A DNA stretch of 54,647 nucleotides from positions 62,001-116,647 of the forward strand of contig CAUYUJ010000222.1 of assembly GCA_963575745.1 (NCBI GenBank), written 5' to 3'. Below, one piece after another: positions 1 to 11,100 of this stretch; the first letter of the stretch is position 1; each line of letters starts with the position of its first letter. The notes below the pieces were generated by a model, which was not told where the DNA came from, ran no database searches, and saw only the letters and a list, made by a program, of their open reading frames with translations. This stretch comes from Prorocentrum cordatum. Its lineage: Eukaryota. A program made the position numbers and the translations under genes.

Positions 1-568
1 ACCGAAGAGGCAAGGGTGCAAGGGTACACTTGGGAAGGTTACCCATCCTCACTGTTGCTGTCGACTGTGTGGGAGGGCCCAACGCCCTGGCGAGCCCGAT
101 CGGCCACCCCTCGGTCCGTGCCTGGGGCGCTACACAGCCGCACACCTCGCGGCAGACCGTCCCCGCCAGAGGTCCACTCGCCACGCCTCTCCTCCCCTCC
201 CGCCCCTCCGCTCCTCCCGCTGCGCAGGCATGGCAGTGCGCACTCGGGACGCTCTGCCAGGCCCCCCTGGCCGAGCTTCCCTGCACGAGCCACAGAAGGG
301 CCGCCGGCATCGCGCACGCGGGCCGGGCGTGCACAAGTGCCTCCCGCGGTGCCAGTGGACCACGCCGCCCCCTCCTCTCTCGGAGATGGAGAAAGGAGGA
401 TGGAGGAGGAAGTGAGCAGGAAGGAGCGAGCTGGAAGGAGGGAGCACAAAGGGCGCAGGGTGTACCACTGCAGAGACCTGCGAGAATCGATCCAAGCCTG
501 CGCTGCATGAATAGGCGATCTTCGATGCGGCCCGAGTCCGCTCTGTGTAAGCACCGCCTGCTATCGTT

Positions 569-707
569 AGGTCGGGCATGTCCTCCCACATGCGGATCTT
601 GGAGGACAAATGAAGAGTAGTCCAAACAAATCCAGAACCAGTCTACAATAATCCAAAATCGTCCCCATACGATTGGTCGACTATTTTTGAATATTCCTCC
701 GACTTGA
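569..707. mobile_element. MITE family A (TIR TYAGGTCGGGCATGTCC), internally deleted copy, 8-bp TSD
   Basis: Starts TTAGGTCGGGCATGTCC and ends CCGACTTGA; TGCTATCG is directly repeated on both sides; homologous to 801-956 and 2321-2468. Confidence 0.7.
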
Positions 708-800
708 TGCTATCGCGATAACTCTGCACAAGGAGTGACAAAGGCCGCAAGGAGGGCCAGGGGGGGAGCGGAGGGGGGAGCGGGCGGGGCATGCTATTCT

Positions 801-956
801 TAGGTCGGGCACGTCCTCCTACAGGCGGGTTTGGGAGGAACAGTTGAAAATACTCAAATAGATCATCAACAATAGCCCGAAATGGTAGAAACATCGTCCC
901 CGCCTGTTTCTACTAGTTTGGAATATTCCTCCTGTAGAGGGACAGGCCCGACTTAA
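801..956. mobile_element. MITE family A copy
   Basis: TTAGGTCGGGCACGTCC...GGACAGGCCCGACTTAA inverted termini; flanks TGCTATTCT / TGATATTCC resemble a decayed 8-9 bp TSD. Confidence 0.7.
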
Positions 957-1604
957 TGATATTCCCCCCACCCGCCTGGATGGAGCAACAAGGTGCAGCT
1001 CGCTCTTGCCAGGGCCTTGCAGTCGCTCGGACGTCCATGTATTCCCTGTGCATTCTTCGATGTCGCGCGTGCTTCTTCTGCCGGATGCTCCAGGATGCTC
1101 CTCGATGGTCCTCGCCGAAGGAAAAGTGCACACGTCCAAGCGATGCCAAGTCTTGCCAAGCCACCTGCCTGACGTAGGCCCGTGGGCTGAGAGGCAGGCG
1201 CAGACGGGACCCTGGCGGAGTGCCACCAGACGGAGACCAACCCGAGCGAGAGCCGAGAGAAGAAAACACATCGCTGACAGACGCTGAGCGCACGCCACAG
1301 AATGGACGCTGTGCATCGCACAGCCCAGATACGGTAAAGTGATCGCTGCGAAAGGACGTTCAGCGCCCACACGGCCCAGAGATGGCAGCGGCGAGCAAGC
1401 TCGTGCCTGGAACGTTCCCCGATAACTCAGCTGCAGCCTGCACCCTCGGTGCCGAGGGTGGCCACGAGGGAGACTAGTTTAGACCTGAGCCTGCGGCAGT
1501 GCGAACGACGGAGAAGCTCCGGCCGAGACAGAGAGACAGAGACAGAGAAAGAGAGAGAGAGAGAGAAGCAGAAACACACAAGAAGAGCGTGGGCACTGGC
1601 CCTA

Positions 1605-1789
1605 CCCAGACCCCCGACGTCATGATTTCTTCATGACGTCGACCCCCCGAGGTCTCGACCCATTCCCCGGGACCAGTTTTTCGTCCTGAGTCGTTTTCTG
1701 ACGGTCCCGAGGGCCGGTAAGGGCCCCCAAAGGCCAAAAAGATGAAAAACCTCCCGTCGTGATTTTTTCATAACTCGAGGGGGTCTGGG
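1605..1789. mobile_element. 185-bp MITE with TA target duplication (Tc1/mariner-type)
   Basis: TA|CCCAGACCCCC...GGGGGTCTGGG|TA. Confidence 0.65.
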
Positions 1790-2003
1790 TATCCAGGAAG
1801 GGCCACAACCCCGACAGCAGGGGCCGCACCCCCCCTCGCCTCCCGGCGGAGGCCCCTGGCCGAGAGGCCGCCAGCCGTGGCCCCCGCCGAGAGGCTCGGC
1901 CGGGCGGGGAGAGCGCAAGCCAGCACCCGGAGCCTGGCGAGGCGCGCGCTCCGACGCGCTGGCAAGCGCACCCCACAGCGGACCGTCGCCCCCTGGCCGG
2001 TCG

Positions 2004-2178
2004 TTGGGCGTGGCTTAATAGGGGGGTCACACATGGGGGGGTCAGAAAAGGTCCCCTGTCGTGCCCCTTTCGGGCCCCTCCGGAGCCCCAGGGGGCTCGT
2101 TTAGGTACCGTTTGGGTACCTTTTCGGACCACCCGCGGCACCCCCCCATTTATGACCCCCCCATTATGCGGCGCCCAA
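2004..2178. mobile_element. 175-bp MITE with 5-bp TSD
   Basis: GGTCG|TTGGGCG...CGCCCAA|GGTCG; the imperfect inverted repeat extends about 40 bp (AAT(A/G)GGGGGTCA..ATGGGGGG). Confidence 0.7.
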
Positions 2179-2281
2179 GGTCGCAGCACAGCGACGTCTC
2201 CAGGGCCCTGGGGACACCAGGAGGCACCGGCATCGCCACGCCTCGGACCTCTGCGGGGGTGCACCCTGGCAGAGACCCCTG

Positions 2282-3230
2282 CTCTCTGGGCCTCTGCTGG
2301 GGTGCATCCTGACTGTAGTTTCAGGTCGGGCATGTCCTCCGGAAGGCGGGTTTCGGATGAAAATTCAAAATAGTCCAACAATATTTTTAAATAGTAGAAA
2401 AATAGTTCCCAGACTAATCTTTAGCTATTTGGGGGTATTCCTCCTGTAGAGGGACATGCCCGACTTACCTATGATTTCGGGGCGAATCCAGCGGTGGCGA
2501 CGAGGGCCTCACATGAGGCCCCCCCAAAAGGCGAAAGTGAGGCAAAGAAGGCGGTACGGCAGATTCAGGCGGCGTCGGCGCGCGCAACAAATTTTGACTT
2601 CGTGTCGATCGCTCAACCTTGCATCGACTACGGCCCCGATCGTGCAAAGCTGAACTCCGTCGGGCCCTGTGGCGTTGCCGTGCCGCTCGGTGCCCCCGCG
2701 CCGCTCTACCGTGCGGAAGCCAACCTGGAACGCCTTCGCCAGCGTCGCCAGCGCGCCATCGCCGCATGCACCTACCCGACGGGCTTCTTCTCCTCCTCTC
2801 ACGGTCGCGGAGAGACCTGCGGCTGGACTCTGAGGTGCCAGGTGCGCCCCTCGCTGAGCGGCTGCGTGGCCAAGCGAGAGCCTCGCAGGCCGAGGGGCCA
2901 CCACAGGAAAATGCCGGGCGGCCTCCCGACCGGAGCCCACTCGCAGCCCGCCAGTCCACCCTCTCAGAGGCCAGGGTCCCTCGGGCACCAGCTTTCGGAA
3001 CCAGACGGAGGAGGATGGACGCAGGGGCGGGAGGAGGGAAGGGGGGAGAAATGATGTTGCATCTTCGAAGGACCTTCTCTGTCCCGTCGCGCCCCTGCCA
3101 GCGTCGAATCCGTGTCGAATACATCTCGGACTCGTCGAATCCGTGCCGAATCCGTGTCGACGCCGTGCCGAGTCCGTGCCGAATTCCGTCAGATCCGCGT
3201 CGAGTCCGCGACGAGCCCACGTCTGGCACG
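2282..3230 (+). repeat. Dispersed non-coding repeat, copy 1 (copy 2 at ~33070-33640; short third copy at ~39770-39870)
   Basis: Shared blocks GATTTCG(G/A)GGCGAA(T/C)CCAGCGGTGGCGACGAGGGCC and GAGACCTGCGGCTGGACTCTGAGGTGCCAGGTGCGCC, plus an 11-bp GTCGAATCCGT subarray. Confidence 0.8.
2321..2468. mobile_element. MITE family A copy inserted in a dispersed repeat; GT-AG-compatible borders on - strand
   Basis: TCAGGTCGGGCATGTCC...GGACATGCCCGACTTAC; decayed TSD CTGTAGTT/CTATGATT; an empty homologous site is seen at ~33101-33170. Confidence 0.75.
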
Positions 3231-4467
3231 GGAAAAACGCCGATGACGGGGACAGGCGAGGTCCCCCGTGAAGGGGTGGCAGAGGGAGAGGCAGCAGAGG
3301 CGGAGGCGGAGGCAACCATCATCGTCACGCTCGTCCTGCTCCAGCTGCTCTTCGTCCGCTTCGACCTGCACCTGCTCATCCTCGCCCTCTTCCACCATCC
3401 CTCCTCCTCCTCCTCCTTCGAGTTCTCCAACTCCTCTATTCTCCAATCCTCCACCTCCTCCTTCGAGCTCTCCTCCTCGGCCTTCTCCCAACCTTCGACC
3501 TGCCGTTCTACTCGTAATCTTCCTGGTCCGCCTCCTGCCTTGCCTCCTGTTCGCCCTCACTCCGAAAGACGATGACGACAATGACGATTGACGAAGGCGG
3601 GGTGTAACAAACTCCGCAGTCCTCTTCGCGCGTTGTCTCGCCTCCTTGACCTGGCCCTCGAAGATGCTAACGATGTCGTCCTCCATCTCCTTAGGATGCA
3701 TGATCGGGCGATATGAAACTGGCAAGCCTGTTGCTCGTCGATCGCCTAAGTACGTCCCAGCGGGTGACTGCACAATTTTGGGACCTCGTTTCCCGAGGAT
3801 GGGGCCTCTAGGGTCCCAAGGCCGTGCGGTGACGGACCGTGCGGTGAGGTCTCCTGGGAGCTCGAGCCACCGCAAGTTCTGTCACCGCACGGTGCTGACA
3901 GCCCCAGGCGATGGCCGATCCGCCCGCTCGGGTGCTGCGGCCCTGGCCCGAGGTGCTCCCAGCGCCCAGGCCCTCCAGGCCGTCGGGGCCTCCCCGGGGC
4001 CTCCCCGGGGAGACCCCGGGCCGTGGACGCCTGTGGTAACCCCCGACTCGTGGCGCTCGTGCGGGGGAGATCTCGCGCCCTCGCCCGCTTCCCATGTGGA
4101 CGCCCGGGAGGGGTATGTACAGGAAACGCATGAGCACAATATGCCCGACGACAGATGAAGCCCCAAACCACCAGCGGCCACTGCTGGCCAGGCAACCTGC
4201 CACCTCAAGTGGGCACCGTCCGCGGCGACGCCGACGGCGAGTCGGCGAGTCCTCCTCAGAATTAGCAGGAGCTGCTGTCGGCCGTTGTGCCAATTCTTTC
4301 CCTACCCATTCCGACCGTCTCGGACTCCCAGAACCTGGACAATCGCGGAGCACCGACGAAAATGCCCGAAGACCTCGGACCCCCCCCCAGGGAAGCAGCC
4401 GCGCCGGCGCACCGCGCAGCGTCCTTCCTCCTCCTCCTCCTCCTCCTCCTCCTCCTCCTCCTCCTCT

Positions 4468-6149
4468 CACCTGAGGCAGGTTAAGCCGAACCTTCGCTCG
4501 AGCCACATTCGCGGACCGTTGTCGGCGATGGTGGCGTTTCTGCTGGACAACGGCTGGGACCTGCAGTCCGCCATCTGCTGGGCCATGCCGCCCACGGAGT
4601 CGGGCGAGGTCATCGAGTGGCAGTTCCCTGACACGGCGTGGACGGGCTTCGTGGATGTCGACGCGCCGAGAGAGCTTGTGAGCGATTTGAGTAGTTCTAT
4701 ATATCGTTGCGCAAGATTTACCAGCAGTTCTCCAACATCCCGCACGGCAACCGCATGGAGGAGGTGCTCAGCATGGTCGTCACGGGCGGCAGCTGGGCGA
4801 GAGATCGGCGAGTTGACGCAGCGGAGTCAAGGCGCTGGGTTTGTCACGCCTCTGCCCGAGGTGTGGGCAGGAGGCCGAGACCATGTTCCACCGGGGCTGG
4901 AGCTGCCCCAAGAACGTGGGACCACCAGCGTACGTTGGCTCGCAGGACTTGCTCCCGCAGGCCTACAGCAGGTACGACAGTGAGCAGTGCTACTGGTTGC
5001 GGGGGTTGCTGCCAGCCAGGTGGACCGAGGTGACATCACCGCAAGAGCGTGAAGAATGGCACGTGTCGGGCGCAGCGGCAGGTAGTCTCGAAGGTCTCCC
5101 GTTCGGGCACGGTACCGAGCAAAGGCCACTGTGGTTTTTTGCTGATGCCAGTGGCGGCGCCGACTCGGCCGACAACAGGTTCAGACGCGTGGGCCTGGCG
5201 GTCGTCAGCGTGAACAATTTCGAGCCCCTGGTTCTCGATGGGACGGTGTCGGGGGTCTTCCAGGGGCACGGCAAAGTGTTCCCAGGGGGGAGCTGTTCGC
5301 GCTGCTCATCGCCGTCAGGATGTCCAGCGGGTGCGTGCACTTCGTCACGGACAGCAGTGGAGTTGCAGACGGCTGGTACTCGCATAGGTGCGCCTCTCCC
5401 AGCGGCAAGGATGCCGATCAGTGGAACAAGATCGGAGTGGCTCTGGCTGGACGCAGTCAGGCTGAATTTGTTGTGTTGTTTGCGAATTCGCATTTGTCGC
5501 CGACACAAATGATTCCAGGAGCTGCGCCGTGGCAGTTGATTGTTGGCAACGCGGCGGTTGACGAAATGGCGGAAGGTGCGGCACGTCGAGTCAGGCTTGC
5601 CGAGACCGAGAGACATCGTGAACACAGGTTCGAGAAAAAGGTGTGTCAGATAAGTTTGAGACTGATCAGAACTACACTTGATGCTCGGGGGTCCGAGGGC
5701 GAACTGGTGCAAAAGACAGACCGCTGAGAAAAAAAACGAAGTGTGTGAACCATCGCCTCCCCCTGCCGCTTCTGTGTGCATGCAATTTGCCACCAGCCAC
5801 GTTCTTGATGACTGGCCAGCGTTGTAAGAATTAATTTAGCTCTTCTTCCCAGGCTGACAAGGCCCAATGTATTCCTCTCAAAATGTTAGACCCGCTGCTG
5901 TTGATGGTAGGTTCCGTGTGTTGCCGTCGGGGGTTTAATTACATGCAGGGGGGGCTGGGTACACAGTACCTACATAATGCTTCTGCACCAATCCTTGAGG
6001 CTCTGGATTCGCTCACAGTGCGGGCATAGGAGACTGGGTCGCTGAATATTAAAATCGGATCGAATCCGATCGATGGCCGCAAAGCCGATATGTTCGCTCG
6101 TAAGCGCTCGCAGTTCGCTTCGGCTCGCACCTCGAATGTTCTCACTCAC
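4468..6149 (+). mobile_element. 5'-truncated, frameshifted LINE: post-RT region, zf-RVT-like finger, RNase H, C-terminal Cys motif, (TCC)n tail
   Basis: Spread across frames: RGPLSAMVAFLLDNGW; CPRCGQEAETMFHRGWSC; RNase H motifs FADASGG, QSVPRGEL, FVTDS, NSH, GNAAVDEMA. Collinear with the 16895-18600 element; (CCT)n on both sides. Confidence 0.9.
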
Positions 6150-6224
6150 TCCTCCTCCTCCTCCTCCTCATCCTCCTCCTCATCTTTCTCCTCCTCCTCC
6201 AACGCCTGGCGGCCACCCAGGATT

Positions 6225-6444
6225 CGCACACACACATACACACACGCACGCACACACACGCACGCACGCTCGCACGCACGCACGCACACACACACACACA
6301 TACACACACACACACACACGCACGCACGCACGAAGGCATGCACGCATGCACGCACGCACGCACGCACACATATATGTATATATATAAATAAAAATAATTC
6401 AATACATCAATACATTTTATGTATATACACACTATTATATTACA

Positions 6445-6492
<48 letters not shown>

Positions 6493-6545
6493 CATACACG
6501 CACGCACGCACGCACGCACGCACGCGCGCGCGCGCGCGCACGCAA
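6225..6545. repeat. (CA)n/(GCAC)n microsatellite
   Basis: Directly visible. Confidence 0.95.
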
Positions 6546-6559
6546 GCACGAGCCTCGTC

Positions 6560-6900
6560 GGCTCTCTTGGACAGTTGGAAGCTCGAAAACGCGAGAAGCC
6601 AAAAACATTGAAAAAGCAATGCACACCGACGATGTTTGCCTCTTCGGGCCGTCCCGGGACCCCTCTTGGACTCTCTTGGGGTCTCTTGGAGGCCACCTGG
6701 GAGCCTCGAGAACCGTCGGAAGGCTGACTTGGGGGCTGCTTGGGAGCGTCTTGGGCCGTCCTTTCGCATTCTGGGGGCTCCTGGGAGGCGTCTTGGGCCC
6801 TCCGGAGCGCTGTGGAGGCTCCCCGGAAAGGCCAGGGGAGCGGTACCGGGAGCGTCCCCGAGAAGTCACGGGGAGGTGTGGGACCTGAGGCCGGGGGCGG
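6560..6900 (+). repeat. Dispersed repeat family with ~10-11 bp periodic TCTTGGG/CCCAAGA motifs
   Basis: Inverted homolog at ~47880-48640; related pieces at ~9480-9780, 35560-35690 and 36780-37310. Confidence 0.7.
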
Positions 6901-7114
6901 GCGGCATTCATTCACATCATATCTAGGGGGCGCCCCTCTCAAGGCCCCTCCCTCCTTCTGCGCCTCTGCGCCGGAGACCGCCGAGACACGAGTCTGGCCT
7001 CTCTTGGGATGTGCAGTGATGGGCCCAAGCAGGAGGGGGGCCGAACAGGGGGGCCAAACGGGGCCAGCTGCCGCGCCGCCCTTCCACTTCAGGGCCTCTG
7101 TCCGTGGCTCTAGC

Positions 7115-7269
7115 TGAATGATCGATCGACCACGGAATTGATGTACCCTGGAATTGAACATTTGCCCCTTCGGGACAAGTACTTGTTTCGGAGGGGCAAA
7201 AATGCTTGCCCCGGAGAAGCAAATTCTCAATTCCAGGGTCAATCATTGGCAAGGTCGATCGATCGTTCA
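7115..7269. mobile_element. 155-bp MITE, ~7-bp TSD
   Basis: TGAATGATCGATCGACC...GGTCGATCGATCGTTCA; inner IR ACCCTGGAATTGA/TCAATTCCAGGGT; flanks CTCTAGC/CTCTACC. Confidence 0.7.
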
Positions 7270-7413
7270 CTCTACCAGGCATCCTCTACAGGGGCATTGT
7301 TGCGTCTTTTTTGAGCCTCCGAGGAGGACGACGAAAGGCAGGCTGTGCAGTAACGGGCTCCGAGAGAGTCGCGGACGCCACAGCGCGCGCACGGGAGCTG
7401 CCAGGCAGCCGAC

Positions 7414-7528
7414 TTGGTGGGGAGTTGAAAAGTCCCCCCCCCCCTCTGGAGCGAACATGTGCCCTGAAGGAGCAACTCGGGGGCGAATGTTTGCTCTTAG
7501 GGGGGGCACACGTTCAACTCCCAGCCAA
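7414..7528. mobile_element. Small fold-back/MITE-like element
   Basis: GGGAGTTGAA...TTCAACTCCC with inner GAGCGAACAT/ATGTTTGCTC inverted pair; no TSD found. Confidence 0.5.
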
Positions 7529-7810
7529 ATCTATCGAAGGGGCCCCGAGAGACACAATGACAACTGAATCAATTTGAGGAAATCCCGTATTTTCTTGTAT
7601 GTTCTGGATTTCCTCTCCCACTCGTTTCCAGGATGTCCTGAATGTTCGTGTATGTTCTACGTTTGTTCCCGACCATCCTGTCGTGTTGGGTCCTCGTTTT
7701 GACGAGACAGCGCCCCGCGTCTCACCTCACATCACCTCCCGCTGGCCCCTCCCTCCTCCCACTCCTCCCTCCTCCCATTCCTACTTCTGCTCGCCGCGTG
7801 TCCACCATGT

Positions 7811-9105
7811 CGGCGCATCCCTCCAGAGGATTATGGCCCCAAAGGGAGCTCCATCGAAAGCCCCAGCGGCAGGGTGTGCATGCGTCCCCCCCCCATGTCG
7901 GCACACCCCTCACGAGGATCGTGGCCTCCTCGGGAGCTCCACAAAAGGCCCCAGCGGCAGGGTTTGCATGCGTCCCCCCGCTGATTTCTGCACACCCCTC
8001 ACGAGGATCGTAGCCCCATAGGGAGCTCCACCGAAGGCCCCAGCGGCAGGGTTTGCATGCGTCCCCCCGCTGATTTCTGCACACCCCTCACGAGGATCGT
8101 AGCCCCATAGGGAGCTCCACCGAAGGCCCCAGCGGCAGGGTTTGCATGCGTCCCCCCGCTGATTTCTGCACACCCCTCACGAGGATCGTAGCCCCATAGG
8201 GAGCTCCACCGAAGGCCCCAGCGGCAGGGTTTGCATGCGCCCCCCCCCCCCCCATGTCAGCACACCCCTCCCGAGGATCGCGGCCCCGCAGGGAGCTCCA
8301 CCGAAGGCCTCAGCGGCAGGGATTGCATGCGTCCCCCCGCCCATTTCGGCATACCCCTCACGAGGATCGTGGCCCCATAGGGAGCTCCACCGAAGGCCCC
8401 AGCGGCAGGGTTTGCATGCGTCCCCCCGCTGATTTTTGCACACCCCTCACGAGGATCGTGGCCGCATAGGGAACTCCACCGAAGGCCCCAATGGCAAGGT
8501 ATGCATGCGTCCCCCGCCCATTTCGACACACACCCCTCACGAGGATCGCGGCCCCATAGAAAGCTCCACCGAAGGCCCCAGCGGCAAGGTTTGCATGCGC
8601 CCCCCCCCATGTCAGCACACCCCTCCCGAGGATCGTGGCCCCATAGGGAGCTCCACCGAAGGCCCCAGCGGCAGGGTTTGCATGCGTCCCCCCCGCCCAG
8701 TTCGGCACACCCCTCACGAGGATCGTGGCCCCATAGGGAGCTCCACCGAAGGCCCCAGCGGCAGGGTTTGCATGCGTCCCCCCCGCCCAGTTCGGCACTC
8801 CCCTCACGAGGATCGTGGCCTCCTCGGGAGCTCCACCGAAGGCCCCAGCGGCAGGGTTTGCATGCGTCCCCCCCGCCCAGTTCGGCACACCCCTCACGAG
8901 GATCGTGGCCCCATAGGGAGCTCCACCGAAGGCCCCAGCGGCAGGGTTTGCATGCGTCCCCCCCGCCCAGTTCGGCACACCCCTCACGAGGATCGTGGCC
9001 CCATAGGGAGCTCCACCGAAGGCCCCAGCGGCAGGGTTTGCATGCGTCCCCCCGCCCAGTTCGACACACCCTCACGAGGATCGTGGCCCCATAGGGGGTC
9101 CACCG
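7811..9105 (+). repeat. 89-90 bp tandem minisatellite, about 15 units, inside a composite element (~7670-9160)
   Basis: Unit CACACCCCTCACGAGGATCGTGGCCCCATAGGGAGCTCCACCGAAGGCCCCAGCGGCAGGGTTTGCATGCGTCCCCCCCGCCCAGTTCGG. Confidence 0.95.
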
Positions 9106-10537
9106 AGAGCGGTACCCACAACGCGGTACTCATAGCTGCATATGGTTGGGTCATTCGCCAAGATACTGGAAGGGGCCCTGGTATACACAAATAAATACAC
9201 ACAACTAACCGGATTCCCCATAAGTCCCCATATGTTCTGGGTTCGCGTCTTCCCCACCACTTTCCATAGTTTCCAAAAATTTCCTGGGAATCGACGACGA
9301 ATTGTGTCTTTGTGTTGTTCCCCTCCTGAAATAGTGTTGGTGCCTGTGTCGAGTTGTTCCTCCTAGCCATTCCCAGGCGGAGCGAGCGCGCTCGGGAGGG
9401 GTCCTCCGGCCGCGCCTCGGCGTCCAAAGCGCAGGACAGCGCATGCTTTTGGGAGCGCCCCGCTCTTCGGTCTCCCCGGCCATCGATGATGATCACCCCA
9501 AGACCATCCGAAAGGGCTTCCAGGCAGTCCAGGGGAGCCCCATGACGGAACAGCAGGGACCCAAGATGGTTTACTAGAGCCCCGTGACGGCCCCAAATGT
9601 CCCCAAGACATCTGCCGAAGCATTCCAAATCGTGACCAGGGAAACCGCGGTTGGAGGAAGGGTGGCCCGAGGAAAGCCCAAGAGGCCCCCAGAGGACGCC
9701 CAGGAGGCCCCAGAAGTCCTTCAGAAAGATTGAACAACTTTTGTGAGGCCCCCAAAAGGAAAAAAGGCTCCGAAAAATGAGCTGGGGAAGGTGGGGAAGA
9801 ATGCGCAGGGTACGGCGAGAATGGGAACACAGAAGCATGGAGGGAAGATAATGAATAACATTATTATAACAGCGATGTCGGGCAATGCGACAACGATTTA
9901 TCGCTAAATCGTCTTTTTGACGTTCCTGCCCTTCCGCCTGCATGCCAAACTTCAAGGGCCAAGGTGCATGGCGAGAAGCGCCAGTGCAGTCTTGTGTGTA
10001 GAAATATAAACGCCTCCCCAGGCCGAAAGTTTTCCCCCTCGGACTAAAATCAATGGATCCAATGGGGTCCCTTTTTTTCCGGGTGCGCGACAATTTCGGG
10101 GATCGAATTTCTGTGTTGCGCGGATCCAAATTTCCTTGAGTGAAAAATCCATGGGTGCATTTATTTTCTAGACCCAGAGCAAATTGGATCCGCGGGGCAC
10201 CGCACGTGAAGCATCATGCTATCCGCGGAGCTGTGGATCTGCAGACTATATACGGGGAGAGGGGGGGTCTTCCCAGGACGGAAAGGGGAAGGCAAGGGGG
10301 AAGGGCACGAAGGGGGGGGAGGCAGGGTAGAAGGGACGGGAGAAGGGAAAAGAGAGGATGAACAATCATGGAGGAGGGGGGGCGAGGAAGGAAGGGGAGG
10401 AGGAGTGAGGAAGGATGCGGAATGAAGAAAAAGGGAAGAGGATGCGGGGGGAGGAAGGGGGAGGTGGGAGGAGGAAGGACACGGAACATGAGGACACACA
10501 CGCACACACGCACACACGCAAAGTGTCAAGATCGGAA

Positions 10538-10690
10538 GCTCGAGCGCCACAGTTGGTCGGGCCACATTCCTCAACTCCTTCCATAACACGTATTTGCTCG
10601 AGCGCTACAGCGGGTCTGGCCATTTTCCACAATTCCCCCCCATAACATCAAATTGCTCGAACGCTACAGCGGGCCTGGCCAACTCCCGCA
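10538..10690 (+). repeat. ~58-bp tandem repeat, 3 diverged units
   Basis: GCTCGA(G/A)CGC(C/T)ACAG...GGCC recurs three times. Confidence 0.7.
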
Positions 10691-11100
10691 TCTTCTCCCA
10701 CGACTTGAGGCTGAAGAGGAAAATCTTTCGGCCTGCGTAATTCGATTCCATTTCATATCTATCTACAACCCAAAACCCCCCAACCCGAAACCGGACCCCC
10801 GAATCCCAAGCCCCCGGGGCCCTCTGGACCCCCCGGATCCGCGGCCCCCGGTTAGGAACAAAAAAAACATACCAGGATGTTGTTGTTTGTTGGCTTTCCT
10901 GCGCACCCTCTCTCATCTGTTGCGCCACTTGGGCAGCCTGCCCGACTGGCCGCAACTGGCGATATTCAATCTGCATGCGAAGATGCTGATGAGGACCCGG
11001 GGTCTCCGGAACCTCCGCGCAAGCTCGAAAACGTGAGCGTGAGATAGATGTCAGACCACTGGAGGCCTCTCACTCTCACGTCTGACTCGCGACGCCGCGC

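Noticed and set aside
1..560. Possible zinc-finger ORF fragment on the - strand (RRPFCGSCREAR)
   Set aside because: A single half-motif with no supporting domain context.
3590..3800. Possible exon (KIVQSPAGTYLGD...EMEDDIVSIFEGQ) on the - strand
   Set aside because: No recognisable family, and no splice-supported neighbouring exons could be established by eye.
7811..9105. CRISPR-like regular array
   Set aside because: Whole 89-90 bp units repeat with no unique spacers, there are no cas genes, and the context is eukaryotic.
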